NCBI RefSeq assembly: GCF_000143415.4
Contig: NW_003314289.1
Coordinates: forward strand, 91,109 to 155,108
DNA from: Selaginella moellendorffii
Taxonomy: Eukaryota > Plantae > Lycopodiophyta
Direction: 5' to 3'
Length of the DNA: 64,000 nucleotides
Below are positions 1-9,119 of the stretch, piece by piece. Position 1 is the first letter of the stretch, and the number at the start of each line of letters is the position of its first letter. The notes under the pieces were generated by a model. That model did not search any database. It worked only from the letters and a program-made list of their open reading frames with translations, and had not been told where the DNA came from. A program made the translations under genes and the position numbers.

Positions 1-5
1 AAAAT

Positions 6-1769
6 ATGGGGATTTTCCCCCGTTCCTCGCAGTCACTCTCCTTGCCTTCAAAGCTTTGCTACAAGACGCCGAGATCATCGCTAAGTTTTCGATCGCCCAA
101 GCAAGCGTGTGTCATCGCTGGCCTTGGCTCTTCCTTTTCTCCACTCTTGGCTCTTAAAAGAAGGCTCAAGCCCGGCTCGAGCTCGCCATCCATTCCAATG
201 GTCGCTGTTCCACTCCGAACTGTCACTGCTCCTCAAAGCGATGTGGTCGGTGACTTCTCCAAGGAGTTTGATCCTGCTGCTCCACCACCATTTTCTCTGG
301 GAGATATCAGAGCTGCCATTCCAAAGCATTGCTGGGAGAAGAATGTGTGGAGATCGATTAGCTATGTCGTGAGGGACATAGCGGTGGTTCTCGGACTGGC
401 TGCTGGTGCTGCTTACTTGAATAATTGGCTCGTCTGGCCACTCTACTGGGCTGCCCAAGGGACGATGTTCTGGGCTCTCTTTGTGCTCGGCCATGACTGG
501 TAAGTTTTTCTTCTCCCAAAAACTTGTTTTTGCTTTCTCGTTCTTACGCGTCTTTGATCAGTGGACACGGGAGTTTTTCCAATAACAAGAAGCTTAACCA
601 TGTCTTCGGCCACATTCTCCATTCTTCCATCCTGGTTCCATACCACGGGTGGTACGTATGCTTTTCCATTTCTTGTTTGGCTTAGAGCTTAAACTTTGTG
701 GAAATCCAGGAGGATAAGCCACCGGACGCATCACCAGAATCACGGCCATGTCGAGAACGACGAGTCCTGGCATCCAGTAAGTCGCCTTAAGCTCTTCCAA
801 GTGAAAACCATTTCGTTTTTCCTTATCTTACACTGTTCTTCATGTAGATGACCGAGAAGCTCTACAAAGACGCAGATATCTTTACTCGCTTCGGCCGGTT
901 CCAGCTTCCATGGGTCATGTTTGCTTATCCGCTTTATCTGGTATTACTAGAAGTTCCATTTTGCTTTGCCTCGTTTCTAATCTTTCTCACGACCAGGCGA
1001 CGAGGAGTCCGGGTAAAACTGGCTCTCACTTCCATCCGGACAGCTCTCTCTTCGTCCCGAGCGAGAGAAACGACGTGATAACGTCGACAGTGTGCTGGTC
1101 GGCGATGTTGGCGTTGCTGGCTGCCATGACCGCTGCTGTTGGCCCCGTTTGGATGTTCAAGCTTTACGTCGTACCTTACTTGGTAAGTTTTCCAGAGTTC
1201 TACGCAATCGCTTGATGCTTGTGACCGCAGATCAATATTGTTTGGCTGGATGCTGTGACTTACATGCATCACCACGGGCACGAAGTCAAGGTTCCGTGGT
1301 ACAGAGGAAAGGTACTGTGCAAGCTTTTTGTTTTTTTTCAAGGCTCTTTATGCTGGAACTCTAGGAGTGGAACTACATGAGAGGGGGACTTTCCACCATA
1401 GACAGAGACTACGGAGTGATCAACAACATCCACCACGATATCGGCACTCACGTCGTGCATCATTTGTTCCCTCAAATTCCTCACTACAATTTGGTGGAAG
1501 CTGTGAGTTCATCTTAGCGCTTTTTTGCTTCGGAACGAGCTAATCGTGGTTCTTTTTTCTTTTTTTCTTTTTTCTTTTTTCTTTTTTTTTTTGTTTTCTT
1601 GGTGTAGACCAAAGCGATAAAGCCTGTGCTGGGAAAATACTACAGGGAACCAGAAAAATCTGGTCTGCTTCCCTTGCACTTGTACAAAATTCTTAAGTCG
1701 AGCCTCGAGGAGGACCATTTTGTGCCGAATGAAGGCGACATTGTCTTCTACCAGCGGGACTCCATTTAA
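6..1769 (+). CDS. FAD7: Omega-3 fatty acid desaturase with N-terminal Ser/Pro-rich extension (probable plastid transit peptide), 8 exons
   Basis: Spliced translation gives FDPAAPPPF, His boxes HDCGH, HRTHH and [17 protein letters not shown], and ends VFYQRDSI* (TAA 1767-1769). GT-AG introns, first donor at 500. About 80 extra N-terminal residues relative to the neighbouring paralog. Confidence 0.92.
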
Positions 1770-2077
1770 AGAGGAACAATGAAAAAATCATTTTTTGGCG
1801 AAAATGCGAAGCCAACAAAAAAGAAAACACGCAAAAAGCATTCTTTTCTCCAGAAATGTCATATAGAGTTTGATCTTTATAAAGAGTCCCATTCGAAAGA
1901 TTCGTTTGATCAGGAGGAGCCTACCTATAAATATAAAAGAATGCCAGTGGAGAGATGCGATACGGGTTCCCTAGAAGCTTTTATACAGCGCTCTTTCTTT
2001 CTTTTCTTGGCGGCAATCCAGGTGGCGGCTCTTGCGATCCGATCGATCGCCATTAGATCGATTCCATCGATCGATCC

Positions 2078-3863
2078 ATGGCGGACGACGGCGCCAAGGG
2101 GTTTGATCCATCAGCGCCGCCGCCGTTCACCATCGCCGAGGTCCGCGCCGCCATCCCTAGCCACTGCTGGAACAAGAGCCTGGGCAGATCTTTGAGCTTC
2201 CTGGCCAGGGATCTGGCGGGCGTCGCGATCTTGGCCTGCGTTGCCGGATATTTCGATCACTGGCTCGTCTGGCCCGCGTATTGGATCGCGCAAGGCACGC
2301 TCTTCTGGGCGCTCTTCGTCATCGGCCACGACTGGTAAGCAAAAGCTTCCATTTCCATCGACTCGCATTGGATTTCATTGCACGGCAGTGGTGAGAATTT
2401 TGTCTCTTTGGTTTGCTCTTGGATTTCTGGTGCCCTGCATTGCGATTCTTTCACCTGAATACCTCGAAGTTCCCTTTCTCTTGGATTTCGCGCTCGATAC
2501 TTATTTTTTCTTTTACTTTCTGTGTACGTTTGCGTGCGTGCTTTTTTATTTTTTGTTTTTTTATTTCTTGCGTTTTTTGTGACTTAGAACATGTCTCTAG
2601 TTTGTCTTCTACTTCCCTTGAGCAACTTGCGTGAAAGTTACTCTATGAATTCTTTTTCTATGCAGTGGACACGGAAGCTTTTCTGACAACAAGGACGTGA
2701 ACACAGTCGTAGGACATTTTGTCCACTCGTTTATTTTGGTCCCGTATCATGGGTGGTGAGTGATCAGATTCTCTTGTCCTGTTTTTGTCCTCCCCCATGA
2801 CTGATTCCCCGGCCTCGCAGGAGAATCAGCCACAGAACTCATCATCAAAATCACGGTCACGCAGACAATGACGAGTCCTGGTCACCTGTAAGCCGTTCTG
2901 AGCTTGCAAATTTTCAAAATTTTCATGGTTTTTTCAGATGACCGAGAGCATGTATAAGTCGTCTCCTCCACTGAAGCTTGTTGCACGGTTCCAATTGCCG
3001 TGGCCATTGTTGGTATTCCCGTTCTATCTCGTAAGGATTTGTTTATTCTCCATTGTTCGAGCTTGACACCTTCTTGTGCTTGTAGGTGAAAAGAACTCCT
3101 GGCAAGGATGGTTCTCATTTCCATCCAGAGAGCCCCTTGTTCAAGCCCAGTGAGAGGGGTGATGTTTTGACGTCAACCGCGTGTTGGACGGTCATGTTAG
3201 CCATCCTGATCGCCTTGACGATAAGAATCGGGCCACTCTGGATGTTGAAACTCTACTTTGTTCCTTACGTGGTAAGTCCTGTACGCTCTTGAGTATGCCA
3301 TCCAGTGTAGAACTCTAGCGTTTTTAACTTTTCGTTTCTTTATCATTTTCAGATCCAGATAATGTGGATTGCTGGTGTTACTTACATGCACCACCATGGC
3401 CACTACCAGAAAGTACCATGGTATCGTGGGAAGGTACAAGTATTTTCCTGTTCTGAGGATTCATTTCTCTCAAACGAGCTCTTTTACATCTCAGGAATGG
3501 AATTACATCCGAGGCGGCCTATCAACTATAGACCGAGACTATGGATTGTTCAATAACATTCACCACGACATTGGAACGCATGTCGTGCATCATTTGTTCC
3601 CGCAGATTCCACACTACCATTTGATCGAAGCCGTAAGTTTCTCTGAGTGGTATCAAGGGTCATCGATTAACGTTCTTTTCAAATTTCCTGTGTAGACTAA
3701 AGCCATAAAGCCGATTCTCGGGAAATACTACAGGGACCCTGAGACGTCCGGACCAGTGCCGATCCATTTGTTCAAGGTTCTAAGCAAGAGCCTCAAGGAA
3801 GACCAGTTCGTCGCCGACGACGGCGATGTTGTCTTCTACCAGAGCGATCCAGGCTTGAAGTAA
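2078..3863 (+). CDS. FAD3: Omega-3 fatty acid desaturase lacking a transit peptide (probable ER/microsomal FAD3 type), 8 exons
   Basis: Starts [17 protein letters not shown], has all three His boxes and the same intron positions as the upstream paralog, and ends [10 protein letters not shown] (TAA 3861-3863). Confidence 0.9.
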
Positions 3864-4027
3864 GTCTGTTTTTTTGTCTCTGGAAGACCAAAGTTTTGGA
3901 GAGTTTTAATAATCCAGCCGGCGATGCTAAGGTAACGATAAAAGCACCTCTTTTACTGACCATTTTTTAGTGTTCTTCATCTTAGTACTCGGTTTTGAGA
4001 AAAAAAAAATCCATTCCATCGAAGTTT

Positions 4028-5017
4028 TCACGAGCTTGCAACTCGAATTTTCACGAATGTTGCTATGTCCTCGCAAAACTTCCTCGCATGAGGAAATTTT
4101 GGAGCCAAGTAAAAGCCATGGCAGGCCCCTGGGACGAATATGCTCTGGGCCTCCTTTCCAGCGGCTATCAGCTTGTCCACGTAGTGTGCGTGGCGGTCCT
4201 GGCCAGGGCACGAGCCCCCAATCACCACCAAAGTTGGCGGAATGGCCATGGCCGCCAAATCTAGCGGCGCTTCTCCGCCAAATGGATTACACCCCGAATG
4301 ATCCCTGCTCGCGCCGGGTGGGAGATACGCGCGCCATCGCCACTCCGAGAATCGCTGATTCGCGAAAGGGACATCCGCGAATTCCTTCTCGGATGGCGTG
4401 AGGGATTCGCCTCCAAAGGATGGCTGGATCAGGACCTGGCCGCGAATGACGATGGGGGAGAGATCCTCGCGCGCCAGGGCGAGCTTGGAGCTGAGATTGT
4501 GGACGAGATTGCCGCCGGCGCTATCCCCGACGAGGAATGTGTTGGAGAGATCGAGGAGCGCGTTCTTGGAAGAATGCTGCTGGAAATATTTGAGGGCTTG
4601 GAAGCCATCGTCGATCGCTGCCGGGTACCTGTGCTCTGGAATGCGGCGGTAGTTCACGGAGATCACGATCGCTGCGCAGGCCGTGGCGAGATTGCGGCAC
4701 AGGGCGTCGAAATGGGGCGATGCTGGCGTGCAAAGCGCGAAGAATCCCCCGTGGAAGAAGAAGATTACGGGGAGCTTGGACGAGGAGGAGCTCGGCGTGA
4801 AGATCCGGACCCAGAGATCGGTGTCTTGATCATCGATTGTGAGATCCCGCGCGCTCACTCCCTCCGCGTCGATTGCTGGGGTTTTGCGGTCGAAGAAATC
4901 GGCCGCGCGCCTGCTGAAGCTGCCGTCGCCGCGGAGGATGAATGGAAGCACCATGAATTTCCAGATGAATGCCGCGATCCTCGCAGCGAATGGAGTGGCC
5001 AATGGCGGATTGGCCAT
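4028..5017 (-). CDS. GID1-like carboxylesterase (hormone-sensitive lipase family alpha/beta hydrolase), intronless, catalytic Asp replaced by Cys
   Basis: 329 aa ORF with FFHGGFF, SVNYRRIPEHRYPAAIDDG, GDSAGGN and CHGF. N-terminal RGDGSFSRRAADFFDRK resembles the GID1 lid. Confidence 0.9.
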   Translation of the reverse strand: MANPPLATPFAARIAAFIWKFMVLPFILRGDGSFSRRAADFFDRKTPAIDAEGVSARDLTIDDQDTDLWVRIFTPSSSSSKLPVIFFFHGGFFALCTPASPHFDALCRNLATACAAIVISVNYRRIPEHRYPAAIDDGFQALKYFQQHSSKNALLDLSNTFLVGDSAGGNLVHNLSSKLALAREDLSPIVIRGQVLIQPSFGGESLTPSEKEFADVPFANQRFSEWRWRAYLPPGASRDHSGCNPFGGEAPLDLAAMAIPPTLVVIGGSCPGQDRHAHYVDKLIAAGKEAQSIFVPGACHGFYLAPKFPHARKFCEDIATFVKIRVASS

Positions 5018-5091
5018 GATAAAAAATTCTTTAGCTATGGATCTTTCTCTATAAAGTGTCGAATATGCTTTTAGGGTTTATGCGCATTTAA
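5018..5091. promoter_or_regulatory. 74-bp head-to-head spacer (candidate bidirectional promoter) with telo-box
   Basis: Divergent ATGs at 5017 (-) and 5092 (+). TAGGGTTT at 5072-5079 and a CTATAAA TATA-like motif near 5049. Confidence 0.6.
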
Positions 5092-6218
5092 ATGTCTTGG
5101 CCCGCCGTGAGCTCCAAGCGCGGGTTGCGACGCCGCGAGCTCAAGGGAATCCATCTCTTCACGGTACGTTTGAGACGGATTTCTTTGATGATTCCCCTAC
5201 TTGGCTATGGCAGATCGATGATGTCTTGAGCACGGCCGAGGCGGATGCGTTCGTCGCGGCGGCGGAGAAGCTAGGGTTCCAGCACCATGGAAGCCTTGGC
5301 CCCAGCAAGGGAGAGGCATTCAGGGACAACGATCGAATTTCGCTCCACAGCCAGGCCTTGGCCGATCAGCTCTGGAATGCGGGCCTAGCGGCGCTGTTTG
5401 ATGGCATTGAATCGAATGGAAGGATCGCCACAGGGCTAAACCCCAACATCAGATTCTACAGGTAGAGCTCACGATCCAGTTTCCTTTAAGTTCTCATTCG
5501 TTTGGCTGCCTCCAAGTCCATCCATTTTTCACTTCCTTACGAACTTCTCATCATAGCTTTTCTTTCCCTTCCTGTGGTACTCTATTACTTCCTTGCGAGC
5601 TTCTCATATAGATTGAAGCGTCAAAATAATTCCCTTTCCTTTCCTGCGTTCGATGGTGCGAAGGAGTAATAAAGTACCATTGTCTTTCCTTTCACTTCCT
5701 GTGGTACTCTAGTGCTTCCTTACGAGCTTCTCATATAGATTGAAGCATCGAAATAGTTATCTTTCCTTTGCTTTGCTGTGGTACTCTATTCCTCCTTGAT
5801 TTCTATCTCCGATGATTGAAAGTGTTGTGATTTTTCAGGTACAACCAAGGCCAGCGGTTTGGTCAGCACGTAGACGAGAGCGTAGAAATTGATGCCGATC
5901 ATGCCACCGAGTACACGCTTTTGATCTACTTAAACTCGGGGATGGCCATCAAATCCAAAAAGGGAGCGCGGGACTCTCAACTTGTTGGCGGAGAAACGGT
6001 GTTTTACACTGGCCGAAACAAAGCAATAGGGGTGAGTTTGCCTAGCCATCCTTTCGGTTTTTCTCAAGAAAAGGTATTTGCAGGTTGTTCCTGTTTCAGG
6101 GATGGCTTTGCTGCACCTGCATGGCGATGAATGCATGCTACACGAAGCTAAGACTGTCCGTAGAGGAGTGAAGTATGTGCTACGATCGGATGTAGTCTTC
6201 TCCAAGAGAAGAGAATGA
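5092..6218 (+). CDS. 2-oxoglutarate/Fe(II)-dependent dioxygenase (prolyl-4-hydroxylase-like), 4 exons
   Basis: Exons about 5092-5163, 5214-5461, 5839-6031 and 6084-6218 give MSWPAVSSK..LFT|IDDVL..PNIRFYR|YNQGQRFGQHVDES (HxD)...LHEA (distal His)...KYVLRSDV (RxD). Confidence 0.88.
5530..5830 (+). repeat. Degenerate tandem repeat (about 3 copies) inside intron 2 of the dioxygenase
   Basis: CTGTGGTACTCTA...GAGCTTCTCATATAGATTGAAGC recurs near 5572 and 5699, with a partial copy near 5776. Confidence 0.75.
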
Positions 6219-6427
6219 TACAGGTATCACGTTATTTTCCAGCTTTGTGCCTTCAAAATAGCTAAAATAGCTGGAATGCTCTCACTGGAACATTTACCAG
6301 TTCCATGATTGTAAAAATTGCGTTTAGCTAGTTCATTGCATTTTGAAGAAGAAACATTCCTTATAAAAAAGATTTGTATTTGATCACCTTGCCAACTGGT
6401 ATCTTTGGGCTTGTTGGAGGCTTTCTA

Positions 6428-8437
6428 TCAAATCACAGTTTGCCTCCTCAGCGACTTTCCCAACATGGAAGAATCTCCTCTAGAGTATAGGTTCACAAGC
6501 AGCACATAAACTGGTTTCAAATTCTCTATGTTAGAACCACCAAGAACACGCTCTGCCACCCAAGCCCCCAGTTTGTGATTGTTGTGACTCCTGCAAGCGC
6601 CAAGCAAGCAAATCCAATCCACAGCCTCAGCGACGTAGGGCATTCCCTGGATGAGATCTCGAGCGTCTTCCAGATGCCCAGCTCGGCCCAGAGTGTCAAG
6701 CATGCAGCAGTAGTGCTGCTTCGAGTGCGGGATTCCGAAGTCGAGGGTGATGGATATGAAGCTGGATCTAGCAGCGTAGAGCTTCCCTCCTTGACTGCAG
6801 GCAATGAGATGGAGCACGAAGCAGATATCATCTGGGGATTCCGTGATCTTGGTGGTGTCAAAGAGATCACAGAGCTGGTCACTGCAGCTCTCGAGGTTCT
6901 GGCAGTAGGCCGCGAGCATTGCGTTCCTGGAGACGATTCCTGGCTCGGGAATCATGTCGAAAACTCGCCTGGCCCTCACGAGAAGCCCATTGCGGTAGGA
7001 CACAACAATGAGCGACGTCCACGACATGGAATCCCGCTCCGGCATCGCAAAGAATAACAAAAACGCCTCCCTCAAGAAACCATTCTGTGAGTAGCCAGCG
7101 AGGAGGGTGTTCCACGAGAAAAGGTTCCACTCGGGCATATTGTCGAAGATCCGCTTGGATTCTAACAGATGCCCTGAGAGGGCAAATGCAGCCAGCAAAG
7201 CAGTCCACGATACGACGTCGTGTTGGAGCATTTGGTCAAACGTGGACTTGGACTTCTCCACTTCACCGCTCTCTCCGTACGCCGCTAGCATTGACGTACA
7301 AGATTCCAGGTGCCAGAGCGGCATCTGGGAGAACAATCGCTCGGCATCTTGCAAATGCCCATACTGGGCATTTACCGCCAGCATGGACGTCCACGTGGCC
7401 AGTTGCCACTGTGGCATAGCCCTAAAAACACTAAATGCCTCGCTGACATTGCCGGCTTGTGTGTAAGCCCGCAACAGCGAGGTCCACGTTACAAGGTTCT
7501 GGACTGGCATATTCTCAAACGTACGCCTAGCTTCTAGAACATTCCCTTCTTGGGCATATGCCGTAAGGAGAGATGTCCACGCGACAAGATCCCACTGGGG
7601 CATTCTGTCAAAAAAATGTTTAGCTAAATCTACCTGATCATTTTCAGCGTAAGCGTTTAGAAGGGTATTGTACGAGATAATGTCATGCTCGGGTATCCCA
7701 TCGAAGAGTATCTTTGTACGCTCCAGATACCCAGAGTGGGCATATGCCACCATCATCGCGTTCCAGGCGGGGAGCTGGAACTCGGGCATCGAGTGGAATA
7801 TTTTCTCGGCATTTATCAGATCCTTGCTCTGCGAATATCCGGCCAGCATCGCATTCAGCGTCACGAGATTCCACGCAGGCATATCATGAAAAATTCGCTC
7901 CGATTCCAGGATATGCCCAGTTTGGGCATATGCAGCGAGCATGGCGGTCGAGGACACGAGGTTTCTCTCGGGCATCCAGTCGAATATCCGCCTCGATTCC
8001 TCGAGATCTCCACTCTGCGCGTATGCGACGAGCATCGTCGTGCACGAGACAGAGTTGAGAGCCGGAATTCGATCGAAAATCTCTCGCGCGCGATCGATCT
8101 GCGCCCCATTCCGAATGTGGGCGCTCAGAATCGCGGTCCACGCGACGATGTCGGGCTCCGGGATCCGATCGAACAGCCGCTTGGCGTCGTCCAAGCGATC
8201 GTTCCGCGAGTACGCGCAGAGCATCAAAACCCAGGAAAAGGGGTTCTTGTGCGGGATTTCATCGAACGCTTGCTTCGCTTGCTCCAATCCGCCGCACCGC
8301 GCGTACATCTCCACGATCTTGTTGTAGACAAACACGTCGAGCGATCCAATGCCTCGGCGCACGCGCTCGTGGATCTCTTGGGCCTGCGAGAGCGTGTTAC
8401 AGCCCTCCAGGAGACGCACACAGTGGATTCGCTCCAT
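6428..8437 (-). CDS. PLS-class PPR protein dominated by tandem 31-aa S/SS motifs, C-terminal E domain, no DYW
   Basis: About 15 consecutive repeats of the type A..lFd.mP..dlvaWt.ll.aya..G, then HYCCMLDTLGRAGHLEDA..WICLLGACRSH..YVLLVNLY. First in-frame ATG at 8437; the ORF track starts at a GTG. Confidence 0.92.
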   Translation of the reverse strand: MERIHCVRLLEGCNTLSQAQEIHERVRRGIGSLDVFVYNKIVEMYARCGGLEQAKQAFDEIPHKNPFSWVLMLCAYSRNDRLDDAKRLFDRIPEPDIVAWTAILSAHIRNGAQIDRAREIFDRIPALNSVSCTTMLVAYAQSGDLEESRRIFDWMPERNLVSSTAMLAAYAQTGHILESERIFHDMPAWNLVTLNAMLAGYSQSKDLINAEKIFHSMPEFQLPAWNAMMVAYAHSGYLERTKILFDGIPEHDIISYNTLLNAYAENDQVDLAKHFFDRMPQWDLVAWTSLLTAYAQEGNVLEARRTFENMPVQNLVTWTSLLRAYTQAGNVSEAFSVFRAMPQWQLATWTSMLAVNAQYGHLQDAERLFSQMPLWHLESCTSMLAAYGESGEVEKSKSTFDQMLQHDVVSWTALLAAFALSGHLLESKRIFDNMPEWNLFSWNTLLAGYSQNGFLREAFLLFFAMPERDSMSWTSLIVVSYRNGLLVRARRVFDMIPEPGIVSRNAMLAAYCQNLESCSDQLCDLFDTTKITESPDDICFVLHLIACSQGGKLYAARSSFISITLDFGIPHSKQHYCCMLDTLGRAGHLEDARDLIQGMPYVAEAVDWICLLGACRSHNNHKLGAWVAERVLGGSNIENLKPVYVLLVNLYSRGDSSMLGKSLRRQTVI

Positions 8438-8484
8438 CCAAAGATTTGAATCTGGAGCGTTCGATGGCGACACTGCCGTCTATG

Positions 8485-8885
8485 GGCCTTCTTGGCCGAT
8501 CAGCTCTGGAATCGATCGGGACGGCTTCCTCTGATGATTCGCTGGTTTTGGTATGGCAGATCGATGATTTGTTGAGCATGGCCCAGGCGCTAAGGTTCCA
8601 GCACCAGAGTGGTCCAAGGGAGAATTTTGCTGCACAGCTAGGAGCATTGAGTCGAATGGCAGGATCGCCACTGGTCTAAATCCCAATATACAGGTAAAGC
8701 TCACAATCCAATTTTCTCCTGTGCATGGCTGTGAAAGTTCTCTTTCTTTTTGCTCCCTCCATTGTCCTTACGAACTTCTCGTATAGATTGTAGCTTTTCT
8801 TTCCCTTATTACTGCTAACTTCTCATAGAGATTGAAGCATTCCTTACAAAGCTTAAGCATCGTTCTGTTATTTTTCAGGCACAAC
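8485..8885 (+). pseudogene. Scrambled, deleted copy of the 5' part of the neighbouring 2OG dioxygenase gene
   Basis: TATGGCAGATCGATGAT..TTGAGCA, GTTCCAGCACCA, TCGAATGG..AGGATCGCCAC, TACAGGTA.AGCTCAC and TTTTTCAGG.ACAAC match 5206-5845, including intron sequence. Confidence 0.85.
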
Positions 8886-9119
8886 GTAACTTGGGGATGT
8901 CCAACAAATCCAAAAGGGGGACGCTTGAGGATTTTCATCACAAATGGTGGACTTAAGCAAAAATAAGTGTTTTCAGACTGGAGCTGAGAATTGGCAAAGA
9001 AGAATATAGTTGGACAAAGAGTGAATGGACCAAGAACAATACTTTCCACGTCGGATAAATCTTCTAAAGCCGTGAATATTCTTTGTTTCCCGGTATATTC
9101 CACGGCGACTGTGAGAAAT

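Noticed and set aside
1550-1600. Long poly-pyrimidine run
   Set aside because: Ordinary T-rich tract in the last intron of the first desaturase.
4298-5074. 258-aa + strand ORF (and the similar 7685-8449, 24235-24780 and 51179-51820)
   Set aside because: Antisense shadows of well-supported genes.
5092-6218. Dioxygenase as a gibberellin oxidase forming a GA cluster with GID1
   Set aside because: Its motifs and short length fit the P4H-like class, not the DOXC class (no DIOX_N region or NYYPPC motif) that contains GA oxidases.
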